A stretch of 63,707 nt of DNA, filler included, from Choristocarpus tenellus KU-1152 (taxonomy: Eukaryota > Protista > Phaeophyceae), in the NCBI GenBank assembly GCA_964200185.2. It is 8 parts of 8 records of this genome, joined end to end, with 100 filler letters (N's around TTAATTAATTAA, not from the genome) between each part and the next. Parts side by side here need not be neighbours in the genome. Positions count along the whole stretch, not along the records: positions 35,690 to 60,205 come from CAXNAD020000209.1; positions 60,306 to 63,707 come from CAXNAD020020276.1; 6 more parts are not named here. One strand, written 5' to 3'. The notes beneath the pieces are model-generated. The model was not told where the DNA came from, searched no databases, and saw nothing but the letters and a program-made list of their open reading frames with translations. The translations under genes were made by a program, and so were the position numbers. Shown here in pieces: positions 53,501 to 63,707 of this stretch; within the stretch, counting starts at the first letter, position 1, and each line of letters opens with the position of its first letter.

Positions 53501-56500
53501 CGGACACTCACTCTTTCTTCCCATGTTGACTATCCTCTACCCTTCATATCTTCGTGAAGGAATGGATCCTTACTCTAGACGCTGCACCTGGGATCTCATC
53601 CAGCGTGGTCGCAAGGGCCGATGTGTGCTGTTGACAACTCATTTCATGGACGAGGCTGAACATCTCGGTGATCGCGTTGCCATGTTGTCAGAGGGGCTAC
53701 TTCGCTGTGTAGGAAGCCCACTCTTCCTCAAGAGCCGGTGAGGACAAGTTTTTGTGGGCTGTATTGTATAGTACTACGCTGCTCTTAAAGTAAGAGTTAG
53801 GTGTAGACGTAGTGTTATCTCAATTCGAAGTCTCTTGGGTTGGTGTCCACTTCCATTGTCCATTATCCTGGGGTTCGATGTTCTTCACCTGCGTAGTCGG
53901 CTCATTATGTTCAAGTGGTTTGAAGAAGTTTCTGGGGCATTCTGTGTGCGTGTGTATGTGTCAGATTCTGTTTGAGAAATAGGTTACATGACCTAGGGGT
54001 AGAATATAGGGTTAAAGGCATTGGCCAGATACATTAAGTGTGGGATATGGGAAGTAGTTTGCTGGAATGGTTTGTCTACACTATTTTGAATTTTGTCAGT
54101 ACTGCTGAGATCTCAGTTATGTTTCTTTTAGTTTTTTGTTTTGCACTTTTCTTCTGAGGTACTCCTGTTTGAGTGAATACTGCACTGGTTTGTGTTTTCT
54201 GAAATATGTGTGTGTGGGATGTGGTATGGGGGTGTGTTTTTGTGCTTGGCACTCTTCTTCTGGATGTTTTAATGGTGACTCTAGCTATAGTTTTGAATTA
54301 CTATCAAATGAATAAATTTGATGAAAGAAAATGAAATCTTTTTACTGTTCCTCCAGATACAGTAGGTATCTTTCCCAAATTCTGATACCTCTCTAACCAC
54401 TAAAGGTCTTAATCCACATCCCCAATCTCCCATGTCCTGCTACCACCTTTTGCTTCCCTAAGTTTTGGTCTGGGATATAATGTTACTCTCGTCAAGGCAG
54501 GAGAGGACTTTGCTGCCCCTGTTCTGGATGCCCTTGTCCGATCGCACATACCCACTGCTGATCAGCTCATGGCGGCAGGGGGGGAGGTGACTTACCGCCT
54601 CGCTCGAGAATTTTCCCCGCGATTTCCAGCACTTTTTCGTGAGCTTGAGGCAAGGAGAGAGTCCCTTGGTGTGGGTGGCTACGGAGTCTCTGTGACTACC
54701 CTAGAAGAAGTGTTTTTGAGCTTAGAATGCAAAGGGAGGGCCCAGTTTGAGAGAAAAGGGAAAAGGGATGTAGATGATTCTGTTGAGGATGGGGATATGG
54801 TGAACTCCAGCTTACATCAAATCTGGGCAAGTTTTTTGAGATTTGTTCCCAGATTGCGCCATATTTTTTGGTGGAACCAAACAACTACACGTAGGGATGG
54901 GCTCAGGGTGTACACTGGTTTGGTGTCCAGCAGAGAAGGTGGTATGGGAGAGGATAATGTTGGTATGGACGGATGGGATGGAGATGAACCCAGAAAAGAC
55001 TGCAGGAATGAAGGTGGAGGTTTGACTGGAGAGTTGCCAGCAATTGAGATGGCTAGAATTGGGGAAGGTACAAGGGACAGTGGTAAGAAAGGCCAAGAGT
55101 GGGATGTTAAATTTGAGGGGGATGAAGAGGGGGAACAACTGTTGGATAGGAGTAGCGAAGCAGGGATGTGGGGCAAAGAGAAGAACTTGAAGGTGGTTTC
55201 AGAGACCAATTCTGAGACTGAAAAATTGTTGAGCGACAACACTTTTCCAAGTAGAAATTCGGATCTTGCTTCTTCAGTACATTTGCAAGAAAGAACCATA
55301 GCTGAGAGGCCAGTGATGAGGGGCCAGAGAAGTAATTTTGGTTGGGGGGGGCAGGGGGGTGTGAGAGGAGGGAGAAGAACAAAAGGGTCAGTTGGTAGTG
55401 CTGATTTGGCAGGAGGTGGATTTGATAGTATCATTAGCAGTGAAAATGACAGCATCACACTGAATGAGGAAGGGGTTGATTACCAGACAGTTGCAAGCAT
55501 TGGCGTACAATTTTGGTGGTTGTTGTGGAAACGGCGTGTGGTTGCTGCGCGGGACTGGAGGGGAGGGCTATTCCAAATAGGCCTACCCGCCTTTTTGGTG
55601 GTGCTTGTGTTGTTCCTACTCACACTGGGGAACAACCTCTCGGGGCCGTCAATGGTGATGTCAGCCAAGCAGTACTCAGAGAAGACAGAGGTGGGTGTAA
55701 AAACTGATGAAGTGAAGCCTTTTTTTGCTTCTTGCAGGTGTAAATACTTCAAAGCACTTATTTGTGCTTTGGAGCATACTATTTTTATAGCTCAGAATTC
55801 TTGATTCAGTTTGTTTGCTTGCCAAGAATAATGTGCTTGATTAGGGTTTAGGCGAGATAAGAAAAAGCTTGGAATCATACTAAAACATTGCTTCATTTTT
55901 TTACATATCAGCACATTCATTTGTAATGGTAGGGTCCCTTCAGAGTGGGTTTTTGTTGTTGTAGTACAGTGGTACCTGTCCTAAATATCTCCTCTTGCAA
56001 CAACATTAGCACTCTACGCCATGACCCATTGTTGGTATGGTTGGTGGGTGCAGTGCTTGATGTTGAACCAAGCAATCCTCCATGCACCAACCTTCCCTCT
56101 CCACATACTTACCATGTTTCTACCTTTACACTAGAAGTGTGTTGAACATGATGTGCCTCACTGTCGATTGGTGCACATCATACCTTTCGTGTTGGGGCTG
56201 TGAACCCGATGGTAAATTAGCTGTCTCCTCCCCCCACTCCCCCGTGCACCCTAACAACTACCGCATAGGTCCTCTACACTGTGGGGGAAGGGGCAAGGCA
56301 GGGAGGGCCAGTAACGTATGTGGACATTGCAGATGGTATAGAAAGCTGGACATACCTTGACACCAGTAAGCGCACCTGCAGCACTGTCTCTGAAGTATTA
56401 CTTGTAGGTTTTCCTCACATTACTCAGTACAGATATTGTTATCAGTGCAGAACTGCAATTTTGGAGTGATAATTTGTATGTCACATCTATTGAGGGTATC

Positions 56501-58574
56501 TCTTACAGTTAGGGTGGTAGGGTAAACCTTTTAGATTGATAACTCAAATAATTTAATCCTTGTGTCCTTTAGGAGGGGGGGATGCAGTTGCACTAACTGT
56601 GCATGCAGTGTAGGAAATAGACAAGTACTTGTGTTAACAGCAATGGTGTTACATTGGACTCTTTTGCACACAATCAATACACACTGTTAATGCCTCCACT
56701 TCAAGTATATAGATCATAGCGGTACTAAAATCAAGTCACAGGACTTGTAGTACACAAGAAGAGAGAATATGTCATGTATCTGCCTAGCCCCTATTGCTGA
56801 GTATCCCCACTCCAGATCCTCTTGAATATTGTGCCACAGAATAACATTTTATTTCATTCTTCCAATATTTGTCTGATATTTTCCCCGAATTTCCTTGAAT
56901 ACCTTCAATTCATTCGACTGGAACATGAACTGCTCGTTAGTGGTTTGGGCCCAGAGTGTACTAACCTTCTGGTTCTCGTGCAAACATACTTTTGTGGTCA
57001 TGCATGGGGATGGTTGTGTTGCTATATAAGCGATGCATGTTGCTGCTGGTGATTGTGCATTGTTGGGGTAAGGTGGCAGTGCTGCTGCTATCGAATGGGT
57101 ACAGAGAGGGTTATCGAATGGGTGGGTATTGTATAGGATAATGATACATAGTACGAAGTAGTCCTTAGGATAAATTCAAAGTAGGAAACAGAGTAAAATT
57201 CCCAAAAAGTTCATTGTAGTACCACTCTTCACAGTCATGCATTATTCATTTCCATCTCATCTTGCTGTAGTTTGAAGCGGCTGCAGTATCTCAGTTATGC
57301 CGTAAGCACTTCTGATTTAATCACAGGAACCTCAACCCAGTCGAATACGTGCTCCTCGCAGTTTGAATATGCTACCCAAGAACTTATGTGTTCCGCTGCA
57401 GGTGGCTACTGAGACTTGGTTTCTCCATGGTTGTTCTCCAGTCTAGGGTGCTCCTTTTCTGTGTTTTTGCTGGTCTCATCACTTTCTGCCATGACATTCT
57501 ACTTTCTTCCCAATCCATATAAATATTTCTTGATGCTAGTATGTATTGAGTACATGTTTTTTGCCCTGTGCACATGAAGTCTCCTGTTGACATTGCTTAC
57601 TTCAATTGACAGGTACAGGTCTATCAGAACCAACCAGCACTGGTCTCTCATCCTTCCTCCTTGACACTGATGACGCTGAGGAACAATTCCAACCTTTCCA
57701 AGGAGCTACAGCAGGAGGAGTTCCTTCCCCAGACTCCTTCTCAGTGCATCCACCTCGTTATGGGGCATTTGTGTTTGGGGACAGGGTGCCTGTGAACGTA
57801 ACAGGCGATTGGCCGGCACTGAGAAAGGAACCTGAGGCGATTGTTTTCCTCCTTGCTGAAGCTGCAGATGTTGCCAATTCGGCATGTAAACTCTCATCTA
57901 TGGCTTCAGGAGTTGCAGCTGAAGGAGATGGCTGCTTGTTCAGTGTGGCAACGATCAGAGTGAGATGGGGAAGTGGGCCTAGTTGGTTGAATGCCATTGT
58001 GCTGTGTGCAATACTTGAAAATATCTTTGTGTCATGATTGTTTATGTGTTCTGCAGGGTAGGGCAACACAAGATGTATTTGAGTAGGAATGTGCAATTAG
58101 TGGAACGCATATTCGCGGTCTCTGGTTTATTTTGGATTTGTAATCATGAACCATTTTGTGGTCGTGTAAAGATACCCCTGTTGTACCAATTGAGATGGCG
58201 ATTTTGCACAGATAGTTGGGACTATGATAATGACGTCTCTGAAGCACCTTGGACCACTAGGGTACAGTACTACTTGGAGCATGGGGTGGGGTACAACTAC
58301 TTGTTTTCTTCCAGAAGAAGACCAACCTCACCATGTCTAGGCTCAATCTCTCACCCCTTCTGGTATGCTTATGTGTGTAATCATGTACTTTTTTGTAATA
58401 TTATTGCAACACTTGTAGGGTGTGATGAAGGAGGCAGGAGTGGACGAGGATAAACTGGTAGAGGCAGTGCTGCATGCTAGACTGGAAAATGTAACTACTG
58501 ACAGTGGTGTCAATTGGGACACTGTGGGAAACAACACAGACATGAAGAATGGTCTTGATGCAGCAGGAAACCAG
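38518..58574 (+). CDS. ABC transporter subfamily A: N-terminal half plus start of second half, 3'-truncated
   Basis: 21 phase-consistent exons: 38518-38661, 38812-38925, 39572-39643, 39888-40180, 40549-40621, 41218-41301, 41936-42021, 42917-43172, 44347-44406, 44876-45100, 45857-45951, 46841-47036, 49349-49751, 50857-50954, 51668-51783, 52675-52829, 53560-53737, 54463-55690, 56269-56365, 57613-57959, 58419-58574. Motifs: [27 protein letters not shown], Walker [72 protein letters not shown]. The last three exons are less certain. Confidence 0.95.
48555..48608. repeat. 10-bp tandem repeat (ttgacatata) in an ABCA intron
   Basis: About 5 adjacent copies, decaying to the right. Confidence 0.85.
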
Positions 58575-60144
58575 GTAGGTCATCTGGAGTCATGCCAACA
58601 AGGAAGAGAATAGTAGATATCACTAGAGGCAAAGGTATGGGAAGTTGCAACTATTGTAATGGTTAGCACTAGTGGATGCCAAAGTGCGTAAGCATTTCGA
58701 ATGCTCTGAAGGGTGTGTTTGTGTAGAGCTCAACTTTAGATGAAATTTTTTTGAACACTTTTCCTTTCTGCTTTCATGCTCACTGCATAAATTTCTGGGT
58801 AATTTGTGGACAAATTGTCCTTGTTGATTGTGGGGGTTGAGAGGTATATACAGGATTTATCACTTGAGTACTACCCAAGAGTCCGGGTTAGGGGGTAAGG
58901 TTGGGAAGAACACAGTCTAATTGAAACCATGGAAGGGACTGTTGCTTTATGTTTTCTGGATCTCTTTTGTCGTCACAACTACTTAGTGCTTCAAGATTCC
59001 TTTGATCTCGCGTTGAGTTTCTGATGGGTACAAAGAGACGGCCCATCCTCCTTGTATTTTGATGAGATTTCATATTGTGAATCATAGTGACTGAATCATT
59101 CCAATTCAATTATATCACAGCTTAATTGAAACCGAAAACCTTGGACCAATTATTCGGATATATTTATTCTTCTTTGGGATGTTTGGAGGAGAGGACAAAC
59201 ACCGGAAGCACACAAACAACTGCCCAAGCACCATAAACATATCTATAGCTGCATGATAAGTCATGAGTATGCCCAGGGACTCTGAAGGTGGTGACGGTGG
59301 GTTCCAAAACGACTATGACATTGACCCACCGCCAGATATACTCGTGTGGAGGATGATGGCAAGGAAGGTGGAAGGTCAGATAAAACCTCAGAACCAGCCT
59401 TGAAGGCTGACTGTGAACCATCATCAATGATTAAGATGGGTAGCTTGCTGGAGGAAGACCACCGTATCACAGTCCACTAGTGCATAGATCACTGTTTTGA
59501 TTGTGTGTGACTGGTGTAGCGTTCAATGAGGAAGGGATAGAAGATACCATGAAGTCAACTTGGGAAGCAGTTGGCACCTATTGAGAGTCTTGTAAGCACA
59601 AGGAGCGCTTGGAGGAGATGTGCAGGGTGTTGTCAAGGGTTCAGCTGAAGAAAGTGATGCAGGATGTAGACTGACTAGTTGGTTTTTCACTTATTCGATG
59701 GTGGACCGCTTTCTGTTCCTCAAGATCGTCATCATTCTTGACAAGAACCTTGAAGTCGTCAGCTACAAAGAATGTCAACATTATTGGGAGGTAAGCAGTT
59801 GGTATAGAAGAATGTAAAACAAGAACCGGTAGCTCTTGCATAAGGACTGAAATATAGAAGTCACCTGTCAGCTGACAAACCTTTCACAACTATGCACTGT
59901 ATGCATTTTGATGTTATATATTGACATCCATCATACAAACCCCATTACTTTTTATTTTGCGCTTCAAGTTGTGCCAAGTTAGTCACCTATGTCATTTATC
60001 ATTTTTTGTTCCCTCTGTGTTTTTTTCCTCCTCTAATCTTCAACGTTTCCTCCCCATGTCCAATCTCGCCTCTTCTGATATTGTTCCTTTGCTATACTCA
60101 GGAGATATGTCAGGAAGAAACGTGACTTGAGTCCGTCATGGAAA

Positions 60145-60205
60145 GGCTCAAAGTATCTGGGAGGGGGTGGTGGCTGTCCATTTGGGGTCAGTTTTTTCAT
60201 GTCGC
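60145..60205 (-). mobile_element. MITE family A copy, cut by linker
   Basis: ggctcaaagtatctgggagggggtggtggctgtccatttgggg. Confidence 0.9.
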
Positions 60206-60305
60206 NNNNNNNNNNNNNNNNNNNNNNNNNNNNNNNNNNNNNNNNNNNNTTAATTAATTAANNNNNNNNNNNNNNNNNNNNNNNNNNNNNNNNNNNNNNN
60301 NNNNN
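60206..60305. other. Artificial contig linker
   Basis: N44-TTAATTAATTAA-N44. Confidence 0.98.
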
Positions 60306-60370
60306 GGGGGGGGTGGGGGGGGGGGGCGGGGGGGGGAGGGGGGGGGGGGGGGGGGGGGAGGGGGGGGGAA

Positions 60371-61717
60371 GTACCAAGCCATTTCAGTCACGATTTCCAC
60401 CTGGAACGAATCCTCTTGCCTTGGATCTTGTTTCTAAGATGGTGAGTGAAGTGGAGTGTGTAGCAAGGTATGATATATATGGTGATGGTGATTGTTTTTG
60501 GTATTGTTATTGTTGTTGTTATTGTTATTATTATTATTGTTATTATTTTCATTATCATTATTATTGTTATTGTTATTATGATGTTTGATACACATTGTTT
60601 GGTGGTGCCATGATGTGGCTTAGGCTGCACCAATAGTGATGTACTATTGTATCGAAGTGCACCCTCATACGTCTCGATATTTACCCTCATGTGTCTTGAT
60701 ATGTACCCCCATACGCCTCCACTTGTACCCTCGTATGTCTCAACATGTACCCCCATACGTGTCAATTTGTTCCTCTATACATCTCCACTTGTACCCTCGT
60801 ATGTCTCAACATGTACCCCCATACATCTCAACTTGTTCCTCTATACATCTCCACTTGTACCCTCATATGTCTCAACATTTACCCCCATACATCTCAACTT
60901 GTTCCTCTATACATCTCCACTTGTACCCTTATATGTCTCAATATGTACCCCCATACATCTCAACTTGTTCCTCTATATATCTCCACTTGTACCCTTATAT
61001 GTCTCAATATGTACCCCCATACATCTCAACTTGTTCCTCTATACATCTCCACTTGTACCCTTATATGTCTCAATATGTACCCCCATATGTCTCAACTTGT
61101 ACCCTAATATATCCCGGCATGTACACTCGTACGTCTTGACTTGTTCCCCCTACGTCTGGACGTGTAACCCAATACCCTAAGTCAAAATCTATTTTGTAGA
61201 ACTTAGTGTTACTGTCAGTTGTAGATGGAATGTCATACTGCTGGTGTATTGGTGTACGCACCCCAATGTTGTTGAGATCCCTCTCTCACATTCTATTCTT
61301 TAATTTTACCCTTGCATATATCACAAAAACAAAATTGTAGTTGCATTGCGTGTGTGTGTATGTTGCACTCCCCACCATCTTGACTTGGCAGCAGCACAAA
61401 AATGAAAAACTACTATATAAAGATAAACATAAAAAAATGATGTGTTTTTATGTTAATGTAGTTGTGGAATGATAACAAAATAGTTGTAAAAATAATATTG
61501 TAATAATCAAAATAATCATCATGTTTCCATTTGATCCCCCCTCCCCCCCCCACATGCAAAAGAAGAAAGAAACAAACCATCCCCAAACCTGACATACGCA
61601 CCTAACCCTAACCCTAACCCTAACCCATTGAAACGAAAGCTTACGTTCAATCCAGCAAAGCGGATAAGTGTGGAGGAGATATTGAACCACCCTTACCTGC
61701 AGAACCTTCACTCTCAG
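60371..61717 (+). CDS. Mitogen-activated protein kinase, C-lobe fragment (2 exons)
   Basis: Exon ending 60441 (PFQSRFPPGTNPLALDLVSKM, GTGAGT donor; its 5' edge is lost in poly-G) joins in phase 0 to 61640-61717 (LTFNPAKRISVEEILNHPYLQNLHSQ), giving MAPK-type subdomain XI. Confidence 0.85.
60655..61150. repeat. 66-bp higher-order minisatellite (3 x 22 bp) in the MAPK intron
   Basis: atacatctcaacttgttcct recurs at 60821, 60887, 60953 and 61019. Subunits: ccatacatctcaacttgttcct, ctatacatctccacttgtaccc, ttatatgtctcaatatgtaccc. Confidence 0.92.
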
Positions 61718-61795
61718 GTACGGATGCAATTTGAACAGCTGTGCACGCTAGCTACATTCCTGTGTACCATGTTGAGGTTAGGGTTAGGGTTAGGG
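61601..61795. repeat. Interstitial telomere-type repeats flanking a MAPK exon
   Basis: (CCCTAA)~4 at 61601-61626 and (TTAGGG)3 at 61778-61795. Confidence 0.85.
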
Positions 61796-63668
61796 TTGAT
61801 TCCACTGCAGTAGATGGTAGGTAGGGGTATCTCCTTTGCTGTCATTTTGTTGTAGCAATTTGTGTGGCAAGAAGGTTTCTTTTCCTGTAGGGGAGTTACA
61901 GTAGCTACCGTTTGGTTGAGATTTAATAGAATCGTTGGGTTAGGGTTAGGAGAGGTGATTTTTTTTTTCCCCTTGTCTTTGTTGTGAGCCCTGTGTGCTC
62001 TGGTGGAATGTCATTGGTCGTTGTGAGGATGATGAGCGACCTGATTAGGCAGTGTTGGATCCTGGTTGTGGAACGTGGGGAGTTAGTCGAGGCTATTTGT
62101 TCGAAGTCTGTTTTGATTTTTTTTTATGGGCTGCTGGTATTGTAGTACGAGAATGTCAATAAGTTAGGGCTAGGGATGCATATTCAGTACTTTTTTTTTT
62201 GGTTACTAGTACTGTACAAGATCATGAACAAGTTAGGGTTAGGGTTGCATATTCAGCAGTTAGGGTATCTTCGTGTGAAATTTTTTATTGTGCTTGTAAT
62301 TTTTTTTGTATTGGTAGTCCTGCGCAAGATTAAGAATTAAAGTGTTGATGGTATATATATGTACATGTGTGTATGTTTTTGGAATTAAATTACTGTTTAC
62401 TGTTACTGTTACATGGTCAGTTACATGGTCAGTTACATGGTCAGTTACATGTTCACCGCTAATGTGTGCACTATGGGGTTAAAACACTCTACAATGGTAT
62501 CTGATTTCTTGCCCAGGAGAGTAGTAGAATTTCGAAAGTAGTGGTGCAGTATGGTTCCTTTCTTTTTTCTTCTGATCTGGATTGTCAGTTGTTATTGGGT
62601 TTTTTTTTCAGGGTTGATCTATTTCGAGACCATTGCATTGTACTTTTTTATTATTTTTCAGGAGGAGCACTACTGTAGCATTGATCCTGTCATGGATACA
62701 TGTGCCTGCCCGCCCCCCCCATAAAGTATTGTGGGTAGTGGTTATTGAGTGGAAGGGTTACATGCATGTGTTTGTTTTTTTAATTTTCTTTTTCTGAGTG
62801 CTTGCACTTTGCACTTAGGCTCCTGTTCTAGTGGAGAAGATATACACACATACATACATACATGTATATACATAATACATCCATGTATATATATAAATGC
62901 ATGTATTTATGTATTTTATCAAACCAAGTGAAACGGGTAGAATGAACGTATTTCAACAACATAGGGGTGGAGTTGTACGAGGAGGTTGGCGTTAATTTCC
63001 TTGGAGTAATTCCTGCGGTGATTGTCTGAAGGGATGGAAGCAAAAAAGAAAATTGAATCTTTTACTGACAAGGCTACTGCAGCAGTTGGTTCTATCTCCT
63101 TTTTGTAGTAGGGGGTCTGAATCTCTCTGCCTCTGGTTTCGTGTCCCGATTGAGGTTGATTTGCACTGTCAGTGTGTTCGTGATAATTGCTGGTGCGCTA
63201 TGAGCATAACATACAAGATTGTGTTATTAATTAATTGTGTGATTTTTTTGTGTGTGTGTGTGTTTAGTCCTGAGTTATTTTATTTTATTTTTGCAAGTTA
63301 TGTGCACCTTGTTTTCTTTTTTTCATTTTTTATTTTTAATGTGCAGAAAATCTCAGTTAAAAAAAAAAAATCTACTCTCACCCGTGATTGAGCATGTTTC
63401 GTCCTGTTTGATGTTTATTTTTTTGTGAACTTCCAATCCAACAATGAATACCATTGAAAATTAGAAAAAAAAAATGAGTATATATTTTTTTGTAAACTTT
63501 TTTTTAGAGGCTTTAAAAAAAAAATAGAGGGTTCTTCGCAGCATTGAATGAGTGAGTGCCCAATTGTTTGAAATTAAAAAAAATAATGTTTCTGAATTTG
63601 CTCTGTGGCTTATTATGCTTCTTTCTTAAAGTGGGTGGGTGGGTGGGTGGGTGGTGTGGTCATTAGTA

Positions 63669-63699
<31 letters not shown>

Positions 63700-63707
63700 G
63701 CACGGCA

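Noticed and set aside
1584-61717. Functional cluster of eIF4E, Josephin, KH protein, ABCA and MAPK
   Set aside because: The genes lie on different contigs joined by artificial linkers, so adjacency is not evidence of linkage.
62662-62730. Further MAPK exon after tttttcag
   Set aside because: The translation (EEHYCSIDP...) has no convincing MAPK C-terminal similarity and the donor is unclear.

Overview
Eukaryotic, intron-rich genomic DNA. A brown-alga-like stramenopile is my guess from gene structure and TTAGGG motifs; the sequence does not prove it. The window is not one locus: eight contigs are joined by identical 100-nt artificial linkers (N44-TTAATTAATTAA-N44). Six spliced protein-coding genes or fragments can be read, all on the + strand: eIF4E (2 internal exons), an unknown coiled-coil protein (last exons), a probably complete Josephin deubiquitinase, a multi-KH RNA-binding protein (6 exons), an ABCA transporter (21 exons, about 20 kb, 3'-truncated) and a MAP kinase (2 exons). 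Non-coding DNA is dominated by two related MITE families sharing an AAAGTATCT terminal-repeat core (about 21 copies), two fold-back elements, minisatellites and decayed ORFs. I see no operon-like novel system, and gene neighbourhood across linkers carries no meaning. The best leads are the sister MITE families with their CpG-decay signature, an unusually high share of AAG/GAG 3' splice sites, a MAPK exon bracketed by inverted telomere-type repeats, a four-cysteine insert in the Josephin catalytic region, and a divergent pair of decayed intronless ORFs. All exon coordinates were derived by hand from reading frame, phase and GT-AG sites.
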